Origin: Gracilinanus agilis
Lineage: Eukaryota
Direction of reading: 5' to 3'
Length of the DNA: 64,000 nucleotides
Assembly: GCF_016433145.1 (NCBI RefSeq)
Contig: NC_058135.1
Coordinates: forward strand, 298,805,093-298,869,092
Both the position numbers and the translations under genes were made by a program. This document shows, piece by piece, positions 13,640 through 24,410 of the stretch; positions within the stretch are counted from its first letter, which is position 1; each line of letters starts with the position of its first letter. Under the pieces are notes generated by a model. That model was not told the DNA's origin, did not search any database, and worked only from the letters and a program-made list of their open reading frames with translations.

Positions 13640-13930
13640 CTGCCCCCTAGACTATGAGGGTCGCCCCCGTGTCTTCAGGACCCAAAGCCCTGTCAGATAA
13701 CAAACATCCCCCCAGGTCCTGCCCAACGTCATTCCTGGTCATGGAGCCCCTGCCTATGTAAGAGTGTAAAAGCCCCAGAGCACCCCCGCGGAGGAGGCAC
13801 TTTCCCCTTCTAGGCTGTCCTCCTAGCCAAACTCAATGGGACTTCCAAGTGATTAACTTTCTCTTTTTATGTGTAAGCTAAGTTAGGGAGGCTTCCATCC
13901 CGAACCCAGGGGGCTCACCTCAAGCCCCGC
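13640..13930 (+). mobile_element. Possible solo LTR
   Basis: TATA-like TGTAAAAG, R/U5-like tract; termini uncertain. Confidence 0.35.
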
Positions 13931-14373
13931 CCCAACAGCAGGACTTTCCTTCATGGGCACAGGGCAGGGAGCTGGCAGGAGTCAAGGACAACAACATCTT
14001 TCCCTGCCAGGGGCTTCGAGCAGCCTTTGGCTCCCCGCTCAAGTGCCTCTGGGAAGGAGAGTGGCTCCCGGCTTTGTGCCAGCACTCAGTTCAGGCTCAG
14101 CGGCCAATCCAGAGGCGGGTCTCATCTTCATGTGGTACATCCTTGGAGGGGATGGATTGGCACACACACACATTTCTGGGAACAGGGTTGTCAGGCTCTT
14201 CTGCTGGACAGGAAGCAGGCCATCGAGCAGTGGGACATTGGGCGCTGTGGAGAGTGCCAGCAGGCAGGTCTACAGTCTTCCTAGTCAGGGAACCTGTCCA
14301 GGGTGGTCACCGCTGATGGCACTGTCCACCTCCTGTGTCCTCGGTGGGGATAAAGGAGATGCCAGAAGGCGAC

Positions 14374-15133
14374 GTAATGGTAAAAAGGGGTTTTGATTGG
14401 TAAATATTAAAGGGTTTGGTCGCCAGGAGATTGAACAATCATCTGTCCCCAGTTAAAGAATAACCTCAAGGTAAAATGACTTTTATGGAAAATTTATTTA
14501 CAATAAGAGAAGAGGAAGAAGAAATAAGGAAATAAGAGAGAAGATAAGATAGGATAAGTAATCTAACACAGTAGGCTATTTGCTCCAACCCGCTAGTTTA
14601 ATCCAGGTAGATCTAATTAACCCTCAGCCGAGGGAAATCCAGCCTCGATCCCAAGGCCAGAAACTTGGAGGGCCAGAGGCCAAGAGGGCCAAAGGGCCCT
14701 GAGGCAAATAAAGCAAAAGCTTCAGTCACAGAATCTCTTTGAATTAAGGAAAGTTCCTTAAGAGAAGTTCAGGAAGATTCAGTCTTTACACTCACCACGT
14801 GGAATTCTAAAGGAAAGATTTAAGAACAGTCTCACCAGCTTCAGGGCTCCTTCAGGTCCTGTTCACAAACCACAAGAGAGATCCCAGCTGACTGAGGTCT
14901 CTTTTAAAAGGGACCTCTTTTGTGTCACTTCCTGTGCCTTCCTCTTAGGTTTACGTGTCCAGCCACAACAGCCGCTTAGGACTGCCCAGGAGGCAGTCAG
15001 TCAATTCTGATTTGTTACTCATTCTAGGTCACATGGGTCACAGACCACCCAACTTGTGAGTTGAGTGGAGATGTTTTCACCTTTGGTGATTAAATCTAAA
15101 GATGGGCAGGGTAGATTTAATCTCATTATCACA
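14374..15133 (-). mobile_element. Solo LTR
   Basis: Same terminus as 10962-11607; candidate 5-bp TSD GCGAC/GCAAC (one CpG-type mismatch). Confidence 0.8.
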
Positions 15134-16530
15134 GCAACCAGAAGGCAATGCCTGGGGACCTACCTCCTGCAATGGAGACAGAAGACCTCTGGGATTCCGG
15201 CTGAAGGCTGAAAGTAGAGCCTCAAGGACAGGGACCATAGTGGGCAGAGGGCCAGGGCTCAGATCTGAAAGATGGTTCCTGTCTTCGACACATCTTTAAG
15301 CTTCCTCAGCCCTCTAACAGCTAGCTGCCCCTTGGCTTGGGGAGAGGGAACTTCCTCCCTGGGAGCTGACTCACCAGTGAGATAACAGAAGCAAGCTCAC
15401 CTTTCTCTGTCTTCCCCTGATGTCTGCTTAGGGCTCTTGACAAGATGTTTCATGAAACCCTCGAGCACTCCGGAATCCCCCGACATAGGATTAGTAGGCT
15501 TGTCTGGGACTGAACAACAAGCTATGGAGCACCCATTGGGTCCCTGGAATAGGAGGGATGGAGACCATCTAACCTTAAGCATCCTTTCCTCTTAGAAGTT
15601 TCTCCCTTTGCGTGGAGGCCTCCCCCAGGGAGTCTAGCCCCTGGCTGAACTCCTCCTTCCCTGCTAAGCCAATCATTGTCCTTCCTTTCCTTTACTCCCC
15701 ACAGTGTAGAGAAGCCCCCAAGTTCTTCCCAGAGTCCCAGATCTGGCCAGAAGTGTGGTGGCCAGAAGAGCCCTGGCTCCCTTGTCCTGATTCTCAGGTT
15801 CTGTTTCTCAAGGTAGACGCGCTCGAGGTGAGGAATGTATGGGTTCATGGGTTCGCAGGCAGAACAATTGGAGGGATTCAGGAGGTACCCACAGTGGGAG
15901 AAGTCCCCTGGCACTGACTAGCCCTGCCCCTCCCTGCACCTGCCAGGTAAACAGGAGCAGAGCCCAGAGGCAAATGGGAGGGGCAGGCATTAACGCCTCT
16001 CAGGCAATGATTACCCAGTTGGTGCCTGTCCTTAGATCGGGTTCTCCTCATGATGACTCGGGGTCAGGTGGCTTGTTTTTCTGGTCCCTTTCTTCGAATC
16101 CAATCATCCCCAGGGCTGTCCCCAGAAGCGGCTGCTCCCAGGAGGGAGTATCCCGGGCCTGACTATTTGAGAGACCACTTGTGGGACCGCCCACTCCTAG
16201 GAGAGACTTCCCAAGAGGCTGAACATTCTCAAGAGGGATCGCCTAAGGGAGAGACTGTTCCCAGGCGGGATGATCCAAGGGACTGAGCACTTCGGAGAGG
16301 GACCGTTCCCAGGTGAGGTCAGGATCTGGCCTCAAAGCTCCATTGCCCTCCTCTCCTTTCTCTCCCAGGTAAATTATTCACCCAGCTCCACCCACCTACA
16401 CCTGGCTCTGCCACTTCCTCTTGGGCCCTCTCCTTTGTCCTTTGTCCTTTGGTGACTGTATGGCTCCTCGGAGGGTGGGGAAGGTCCCAGGGTTCCCTGA
16501 AAGATCCCAGCAGCTGAAGAAGTGGGCACC

Positions 16531-17391
16531 ATGCCGGAGCTGACGCTGGTGCCCCGGGCCCTCGTCTCCCTGGTGGGCCTCCTCCGGCTGCTCCAGGTGG
16601 TCCTGTGCTGTGTCACCTTCAGCCTGGCTGCCTCAGGCCCCAGCTTGGGCTCCCCATTCGGGGTGTGGTGTTTGTGCTCCTGGTGTCTCTGTTTCTTGCT
16701 GTCGCTGGCCATCTTGGTGCTGGAGCTCCTGGGCTTGGGGCCGCAGCTGCCGCTGTCCTGGGAGGACTTCACTTCGGCGGCAGCCATGCTAGCCACCTTG
16801 CTGACCTTCACCGCGTCCATCATGTATCCCAGCATCTTCGTACCAGAGGCCCCGAGCGGCTGGTCCCACACGGCGGCAGCCACGGCCACGGCCCTGTCCT
16901 GTGTGTGTTTCGTGACTTATGCGGTGGAGGTGGGGCTGACTCGGGCCAGGCCGGGGCAGCTCCGGGGCTTCCTGTCCACCGTGCCTGGCTTGCTGAAGGT
17001 GTTTGAAGCCTACGTGGCGTGTGTGATCCTGGCCCTGGTGGATGTGGACCACATGTATGCCGAGAACCCAGGGTGCCAATGGTGCATGGCTGTGTTCTGC
17101 CTCTGCTTTGGGATGGCCCTGCTGATCATCGGGCTCACCATAGGTCAGTGTCTGGGCTCCCTGCCGTGGCCCGTGGATCGCGTCCTCGTGGCCCTCACGG
17201 GCTTTGCTTCACTGCTCTACCTGTCAGCCGCCATCACGTGGCCCATCTTCATCTTCAAGTCACCCCGTTCCAGAGGTCGGTGGAAGAGCGCGGCGGTGGG
17301 AGCGACAGTCCTCACCTACGTCAACCTCCTGGCCTACGCGGCGGACCTCTTCTTCTCCAGCCGGATGGTGTTCCTCACGCAGTCCACATAG
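16531..17391 (+). CDS. Myeloid-associated differentiation marker family protein (MYADM/MYADML2-like paralog), single coding exon, 286 aa, two MARVEL domains
   Basis: Intact ORF with Kozak GGCACCATGC. Eight hydrophobic segments; motifs LRLLQ, LSWEDFTSAAAMLATLL, YAVEVGLTRARPG, VPGLLKVFEAYVAC, QWCMAVFCLCF, LLYLSAAITWP, TYVNLLAYAADL align to recalled MYADM/MYADML2. Confidence 0.9.
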   Translation: MPELTLVPRALVSLVGLLRLLQVVLCCVTFSLAASGPSLGSPFGVWCLCSWCLCFLLSLAILVLELLGLGPQLPLSWEDFTSAAAMLATLLTFTASIMYPSIFVPEAPSGWSHTAAATATALSCVCFVTYAVEVGLTRARPGQLRGFLSTVPGLLKVFEAYVACVILALVDVDHMYAENPGCQWCMAVFCLCFGMALLIIGLTIGQCLGSLPWPVDRVLVALTGFASLLYLSAAITWPIFIFKSPRSRGRWKSAAVGATVLTYVNLLAYAADLFFSSRMVFLTQST

Positions 17392-17929
17392 CCCACGAGA
17401 GGCGGCTGGCCTGGAGTCGGGACAGCCTCCCGGCAATCTCCAGGCCGCAGAGAGGAAGAGAGCCAGCAGGGACTCTGGCGGCTCCGGCCCCGGGCTGCCT
17501 TCCCGGATGTGCTTCCATTAGAGAGGGGCAGGGGTGCGGGTGGGAGGCCTGGGGGCGCTCTTGGGAGAGTGGGCTCGGCCTGTGGAAGCCTCTGGCCTTG
17601 GGGGAGACCGCTGCCTTCCCACGCCCCAGCCCCCCCCCCAAAGCTGGCATTGCCAACCTTTGGCCGGGAGGAGTGAAGGGGGATGGACCCCCCCATCCCG
17701 TAAGTGCCCACAGGCTCTTCCACAATGGAGGAGTCCTTCCACCCTGTGCGTGCTGAGTGGTAGCGAGGGGGATGGGGTGAGGAGAGGCCACTGGACAGTC
17801 CCCACGAGGCCGTTGTGCATCACGTGTGGCTCGGTCCTCCGTAGGGCAACAGGGAGGGTCCAGGGTGGGCCCTGGGGAGCCTGGACTGCCCTCTGCAGGC
17901 AAAGGAGGCTCCAGGAACCCCCCCAGGGG

Positions 17930-18369
17930 AGCAGAAACACCTCCTATAGGGCCAAAGGCTCAGCTGAGAGCCAGACGCTGAGCATCCCTTGATTAGCTAC
18001 CCTTAGAGCTGGGCCTGGAATCCAGGAGGGGCCTCATACATGCCTGCTGATGGCTTGATTTTTGGTTTGAACTCCCTGTTAGCCAGTTCTGCCTTCTCCT
18101 CCTCTTCTCTGGTCTCACGTGGTTTGAGAGCCAGCCTCTGAGCCAGTAAGACCTGGGTGCGAGTCCTCCCCTCAGACCTCTGGGCACTCCATCTCAGTTG
18201 GCCTCCAGGCAACTCTCTCTGGAAGTCTCTGAGCTCCCCACATCAGTGACATCACGAGGCTGGGGGGTCCCCTCTTCTTCTCCTCTAGCTCCCCCCACCC
18301 CGTGCTCCCAGGGGGCGCTCCAGAGGCAAAAGGGAGCTGCTCCTTGTTGCCTTTGAGGGAGGAGCCACA
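17930..18369 (-). mobile_element. Probable solo LTR
   Basis: Minus strand starts TGTGGCTCC; purine-rich R-like body; explains the short ORF 18003-18212. Confidence 0.4.
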
Positions 18370-19559
18370 GGAAGTGGCACTCTCGTGGCCGCCTGCTTAT
18401 GCCGCCCCTGGGGCCAGCCTCATCTCCGGCTCCAGCACAATCTGCTCATTCTGAAGATGGTGCCTCGGCGGCCCCTCTGCAAGCCTGAGCTCTGGTTCTC
18501 TGGTGTGGGAGTGAGGGCGGGCGGGCAGGCCCCGGGGAGCGAGACGAGCCAACCCAAAGTCGAGCCCCTCCAGAAGGGCATGTGGAAGCCCAGCTGCCTT
18601 AGTCTCAAGGACTTCTCAGCCATTTGTCCAGAAGAGGCGCCGGAGAGGCTGAGGGGCCCCTTGTTCCCGGGACATCGGCCACAGAGCCCTGGGCAGCCGC
18701 CCCTGCTGCCTCCTGACTGGGGGGACTCGGGGCCCAGAGGCTCAGTCTGGACAAAGGGGAGGCCATGGCGCGAACCTCTACCACGTTGGCACTCACCTTT
18801 CTCAAGAGAAGGAATAAATTTGGGTCTCTCGTGCCCCCCCTGCGTGGCTCCAGGCTTTTCACTTCTGTGGGTGGGGGGGTGGGGGCTCATTTTTATCTCA
18901 CGCCTGCCTGGCACCCCATTCCTCACCCGGGAGGCCTCCTTGAGGCATCCTCCACTTCCTCACGTCCTGCCCTTGGGGGGGAGAAACAGCAGGACAGGCT
19001 CTCCTCAGACTCGATGGTGAGCAGCACAGGAAGAAGGGAATGGGGGGGGGGGGTTTCAGAACAGCTGGAGCTGGGCCAATGCAGAGAGTTCTCTGGGCCC
19101 TGTTTGGCAGCCGCTGTCTGCGCTGGAACGTCTGGCATTGGAGGTGGAGGGACGCCACAGAGGAGTCTTGGGTGGAATTCCCCCTGGGAGACGGGGCGCT
19201 TCCACGGACTCGGTCAACGAGGAAGGGGCCTCCTACCACCAGCCGTGACCGAGCTGCTTCTCTGTGGCCAGGGAAGGGGGGAGCCCGAGGAGGCTGGGGC
19301 TGCGGAAGGGGGGCCGCTTTACTTTGGAGGGGGAGGGTTCCAGCAGCAGTGCTCCCAGGAGGGAAGAGAAGCGGGTGCTGAGGGAGGGCAGGCTCTTCTT
19401 CCCTGGGGGAGGACTGAGGGGTCGAGGCGGGAGGACTCTACTTTCTCCTAGGCGGAGGCCCCGGGAGCAGCGGGAGAGCACAGGTGCAGCGAGGTAGACA
19501 AAAACAGCCCAGAGAGGGTACAGAGAGGCCAGGGACACAGCGGGGAGGGCCCTACCATG

Positions 19560-19680
19560 GTCAGTGATGATGGAGCCCTGGGCCAGAAGCCCCGCCTCAT
19601 CCTTACTAGCTGTGGGCCCCTGGGCAAGTCACTGTCTATTTGCCTCAGTTTCCTCATCTATAAAATGGGATAATAGCGCC
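19560..19680 (+). mobile_element. MIR core fragment
   Basis: CTGGGCAAGTCAC...TTTGCCTCAGTTTCCTCATCTATAAAATGGG. Confidence 0.75.
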
Positions 19681-19797
19681 ATTCCCCAGTAGCCAAACTG
19701 TGGTCAAAGGCTATGAACGGTTTTCAAAGGGCCTACAAGCTCTTCCCAGCCACGTGGCAAAGCCTCCAGACTCGTAAAAGGGCTCGTTAGCTTAGAG

Positions 19798-19989
19798 CAG
19801 GGGTTCCCAAACTTCTCTGGCCTGCCGCCCCCTTTCCAGAAAGAATCTTACTCAGCCCCCTGGAAACGAACTGTTTTTAAATTTGAATAGCAATTAATAG
19901 GGAAGATCAATGCCCCTGTGGCCATCACCGCCTTCTGGATCGCTGCAGCACCCACCAGGGGGCGGTGACGCCCACTGTGGGAATCGCCA
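19798..19989 (+). mobile_element. hAT-superfamily MITE (192 bp)
   Basis: Left TIR CAGGGGTTCCCAAACTT, degenerate right TIR ...GTGGGAATCGCCA; 8-bp TSD GCTTAGAG/GCTTAGAT. Confidence 0.85.
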
Positions 19990-22340
19990 GCTTAGATGAA
20001 AGGGATTGTGAACAGTGCTGCCTGGAGGAGGGGCCCCAGACCTTGGAAAACCGCCTCCAGGCAACCAGAAACCCTGCTCAGAGGCCTTTAGGATCGGGTG
20101 GGCCAGCCAGAGCCCAGGCGGACACCCAGGATGGCAGAGGCCCTGCTTGGACAAAAATCCCCTGAGCGGCCCTGCGGTGGGGGGAAGCACTGGCCGTGGC
20201 CAGGACGAGGCGGACGAAGGGAGCACGTGCGGGGGGCAGCCGAATTGCCAGAGGAACAGCCCTCCGTGGCCCACCTGCTTCTTCTCAGCAATGCGGCGAC
20301 CCCCGGCTGTCTTCCGAGAAGGGACCCAGGAGCCCGAACGCACACTCGAGGGGTCTCGCCTCGTCTTCTCGGCCCCCAAATAACCGGCAGGGAGAAGTCA
20401 GCACACGGAGCCGGAGCCGGGAGGCTGGATTGCTTACTGCTTCAGGGAGACAGGAGGAGGGGGAGGAGGAGAAGCATTTTGAACTCAGAACTTGAATAAA
20501 AGAACGCAAGAGACTGTTTGCACACGTCATAGGGGGAAAAGACAGATGGCTCGGAGCCGCGCTCTTTCAGAGGTTGCAGCCGGAGATGAGCCAGGAGGCC
20601 TCTGGACACGTTGCTTCAAACTCTGGAATCCCTGGGGGCAGCTGGGCGGCTCAGGGCTCCCACGTGGCCTCAGACACTTCCCAGCTGTGGACCCCAGGCA
20701 GGTCTCTCAGCCCTTCGCACTCTTCTGCCTTAGAATCAATCCACAGAGGCGGAAGGTAAAGGCGCAGAACCCGCCATGGGCTTCCTGGCAGAGCGCTTGT
20801 CTCTGGGGACTCTTCGTCTGCGGGGTCACGTAAGCCCGAAGCAGTTCGTGGGGTTGCTGACCAGCCCTCTCCCCCTTCCCCTTGGCCCTGCACTGAGCGC
20901 CTAATGGCACAGGCTCTTTTGGCAAGCCAGCCAGGGCTCGAGTTCATCCTCTGGTCGGGGCTCCAAGAGCACCCTAAGAGCTGCTGGGACCCCTTCCTCT
21001 TCCTTCCTGTTGGGACCACTCCAGGGACGAATTAACCCCACAACTGGGGGCGGGGAGGGAGGCTACTGTCGACCTGGGGGTGGGAACGCTTTCCGCCAAG
21101 ATCCAGGGAGAACAAATCCCCGGGAGCCAGCCTAGAGCCAGCTGCAGACCTGTGGAGGCAGGCCCTGGGCCTGAGATGCCCTGTGCTCCTGGGGCCATGT
21201 GGCCACGCTCTAGGAAAGGGCACGCTCCCAACAGTGCCCGCCACCCAAAAGCGGAAAGGAAGAGCCCCCTCTAAGGAGCCCCCGGGGTCTCGGCTCTTGC
21301 TGCTCCGGGCACTCTGGGACTATCTGATCATCTCCTCAGTGATGCTTCAGGCATGAGAGGGCTCCCTGGGCCCACCTGGGTCCTGTTTGGCTCCTGCTCT
21401 GCCTCCAGACGCTCTGGGGGCCCCATTTCCCTCTTGTTATTAGCTGCCCTAGTGATGTCTTCCATCTCCTGGAGGGAGCCCTGCGGGTTTTGGGGGTCTT
21501 TCCCTAATGCTATCAGCTGGCTCCACCGTGCCCACGTCCCTCTCCCAAATTTGTGGCCAGCGATTAGCCCCCTAATTCCACGGAGCCAATGAACATCAAG
21601 GAGCTCTTCCAAAGGGATGGAACGCCCACTGGTGGGGATGTGCTCTGCCCTAGACCTCCTCGGGCGCCGGCAGAGTGGGCTCACCCTTAATATGGCTTCC
21701 GCATAGCCCCATCCAAGTGCTGCATGAATCTATGTGTCTCGGCTGCCGGGCTGGGTCCTAAAGACTGTTCCTTGGGTCGGAGCTATGCTGATGGCCGCCA
21801 CGTCACCCGGCACGGATCTGGTTCCTGATCCTCAGGCGGCTCACTCTCCTGCCTGGTCCCAGAAGCACTTACAGGATGTCCCAGCGAGCTCCAAAGCAGG
21901 GAGTGCGGAGCCTCCCTCATCCCTCATCCCCCCCCCCTCCCCATTCCTGCCCCCATCTTATACCTTTCAAGTCTGAGCTCGTGTCACCGTTAGAAGCAGC
22001 CCTCATGGGAGAAGGCCCTCAGCGGTGGAGCCGTCACCCCATCCTCACACAGTGTGATGGCCTCACACTGACTTTCCATATTCTGCATTTTCTCCCACTT
22101 GAATTCCTTGAGCAAAGGGTCTCTTTAGTCCCGGCCATTTACTCCCAGTGCCCAGCCCCTGCCTGGTAAGTGGTAAATGGCTAAAAGTCCAGCGAATCAG
22201 AATGTTGTGGACGTAAAAGCATGAAACGCCATCCCAAAATAAAAGTCCTGACAAGTTAATGGACACGAAATCACCGATTACTGACACAGGACTGAGGAAA
22301 ATCAGCTGTTTGTGGGCTTCCAGACCGGGAGAGGTTAGAC

Positions 22341-22538
22341 CAGCGATGGGCACGCTACGGTCCGCAGGCCAGAGGCCGCCCGTAATGTTCTATCCCACCA
22401 GCCGACGTATTTCCTAATTTGACGAATACAACCAGTGGGATACAATACGATGAAACTTGGAAAGAGTTGCCTTAGAAACAGACTGACAGGAATGTTTCCT
22501 TTCCTTTGGCCCCTCTGTAAAAAGTTTGCCCATCGCTA
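22341..22538. mobile_element. hAT-superfamily MITE (198 bp), second family
   Basis: TIRs CAGCGATGGGCACGCT / AGTTTGCCCATCGCTA; 8-bp TSD GGTTAGAC/GGTTAGAG. Confidence 0.85.
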
Positions 22539-22677
22539 GGTTAGAGCAAAGATCCAAGTCAAAACTGAATCATGAAAAGAATAAACGTGAGATAATATAG
22601 TCCGCAAAGAAGGCAACCCCAATGTGACCAATTCAACAAGTTGGGGACACCCCAAAGCGGGAAACAGATAAATGAAC

Positions 22678-23200
22678 TGTTATGGACCCAGACCATGGAC
22701 ATGCCAATGAAAGGTCAACGTGTGAATCAACGGCTATAACAAGGAGGCCAGAAATGCTTGGCATTAGCCAGGCTGCAAACACTCATCTCCTTCCCAGGAG
22801 GACTAACATGGCGGCTAAAGGCAACCTTGATATTCTAGGCTCGTATATAACCCTACCAAGGAACATGCGGAGGGAAGGCCAGAAATGCTATCTGCCACTT
22901 CAGAAACCTGAAAGGGAAAAAGGGAGAAGAGAGACCTGACTCGGCCCACCGTCCCCAGGCCACGTGCTTAGGGAGGCCAACACACCAATGGAGATCTGAG
23001 GAGATCTGCAGATGTCTATCCAGAATGGCTTCCGCCATCCATGGGGGTGAGGAAGGAGGGATGGCGCTCGCCCTAACGAGATGGCAGGGACAGCCCAAAT
23101 CCATCTCCCATGTCAACAGAATCCTTCAGCTACAATCCAGCAGGACTTCTGGCAACAGGAAGTTGTGAGTTATCCCTTTGCCTTCTGACGTCCCTAAACT
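22678..23200 (+). mobile_element. LTR; a related fragment lies at 23580-23807
   Basis: Starts TGTTATGG, TATA GTATATAA near 22845; 22930-23100 is homologous to 23620-23790. Confidence 0.55.
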
Positions 23201-23299
23201 GGAGCTTGTTTCTCCATTGACTTTAAAGGCATTTGTGGGAGAAAGTGTGCTAGGCCTTTGAGGTGGACAAATGTTTTGTACCAACTCCTCCTAATATAT

Positions 23300-23570
23300 C
23301 ATATCATCAAACTGGAGGTGTCCTAAAGGTTCTGTCCTGGAATCTTTCTTAGCAATATACATACCAGGTCATTTGGGGATCTCATCAGCTTGCTGAGATT
23401 CAGTGATCATTGCTCTGCTATTGATTATCAGTTCCACAAAGCCAACTCCAACCTCCCTGCTGACCTCTAATCTTGCACCTCCAACTGCATATTGGATGGC
23501 CAGTAGAGATTGTCAAATTCAACATGTCTGAAATAGACTCCATTATCTTTTACCTTCACATCCTCATCCC
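23300..23570 (+). mobile_element. L2 LINE remnant
   Basis: CTCCAACTGCATATTGGATG...CAAATTCAACATGTCTGAAATAGACTCCATTATCTTT resembles the L2 3' region. Confidence 0.55.
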
Positions 23571-24410
23571 CTCAGGCCACTGAGAAGTGACAGAAGAGGG
23601 AAATTCTACAAAAAGTGTGAAGAGAGACCCGACTCAACCCGACTATCTCCAGGACATGTGCTTAGGGATGAAACGAGACAGAGGTCCACACACCAATGGA
23701 AAGTTGAGATTTGCAGAGATGTCTATCTGGAATGGCTTCCACCATCCATGGGGGCGAGGAAGGAGAAACAGCCCTAGCCCTAACAAGATGGCAGGGGTGT
23801 TATAAACAAAACACTATCTGGGGTCAACCTTAACAAAGTAACATTTTTCTCTTTGGCAAAACACTGTTCCCTGGGATTGGTTTTGCTACCAATTCTATCC
23901 CCTGGGTTTCTCACTTCATCCAGCATAGCTCTTAACTCATTACCTGCAACAAAGCTTCTCTGGCTGGTTAGCCTTAAGTCTCTATTACTTCTATCTAAAC
24001 GCTTGCCATTTTGTTTCGCTCCTTCCATTGAAGTCTGTGACAACTCAGTATTTTCCACAAGAGATTATCTCTCCCCATAAATTTCTCTGTGTAATTTCCT
24101 CAACTCATTTTCCATTTCTAATTCAGCAGTGGACTTATGTCTATTCTCCAGTGTGGTGTATTGATTTCCATCACTAGTGCCTATCATTAAAATATTGGCC
24201 ACATCCTGATTCTTGAGCTCTCTGCTCTCTCTACAATCATTATTCTTTCCTGACTTAGATGTATTACAGATTAACTTTCATGCATTTCTTGGCCTAGCTC
24301 CCAACTTCAAAAATTTCTCCATTTCTTCCACAGATGGTTTGTTAGAAACAGATTTACACTCATGCTGACAACAAGCTTGTTTTTTGAGGTTTGCTATTAA
24401 CAAAAGTCTT

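Noticed and set aside
10962-15133. Two same-orientation related LTRs as one provirus
   Set aside because: They differ strongly in their middles, one has its own candidate TSD, and the spacer has no PBS, PPT or retroviral ORF; better read as two solo LTRs.
4000-16500. URAH gene, which from memory neighbours Scgb1c1 in mouse
   Set aside because: No HVLD or YRGS-type exons found on either strand.
16374-16889. 171-aa minus-strand ORF
   Set aside because: Antisense shadow of the MYADM-like CDS.
18003-18212. Protein-like peptide LKPRETREEEEKAELANREFKPKIKP
   Set aside because: Falls in a purine-rich LTR-like segment with no splice context.
18420-21684. Kinase-like words DFGLARL (18561-18541) and LEELLDVHWL (~21620-21590) on the minus strand
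   Set aside because: Order is opposite to a kinase domain, no HRD or VAIK motifs, and an in-frame stop precedes the DFG.
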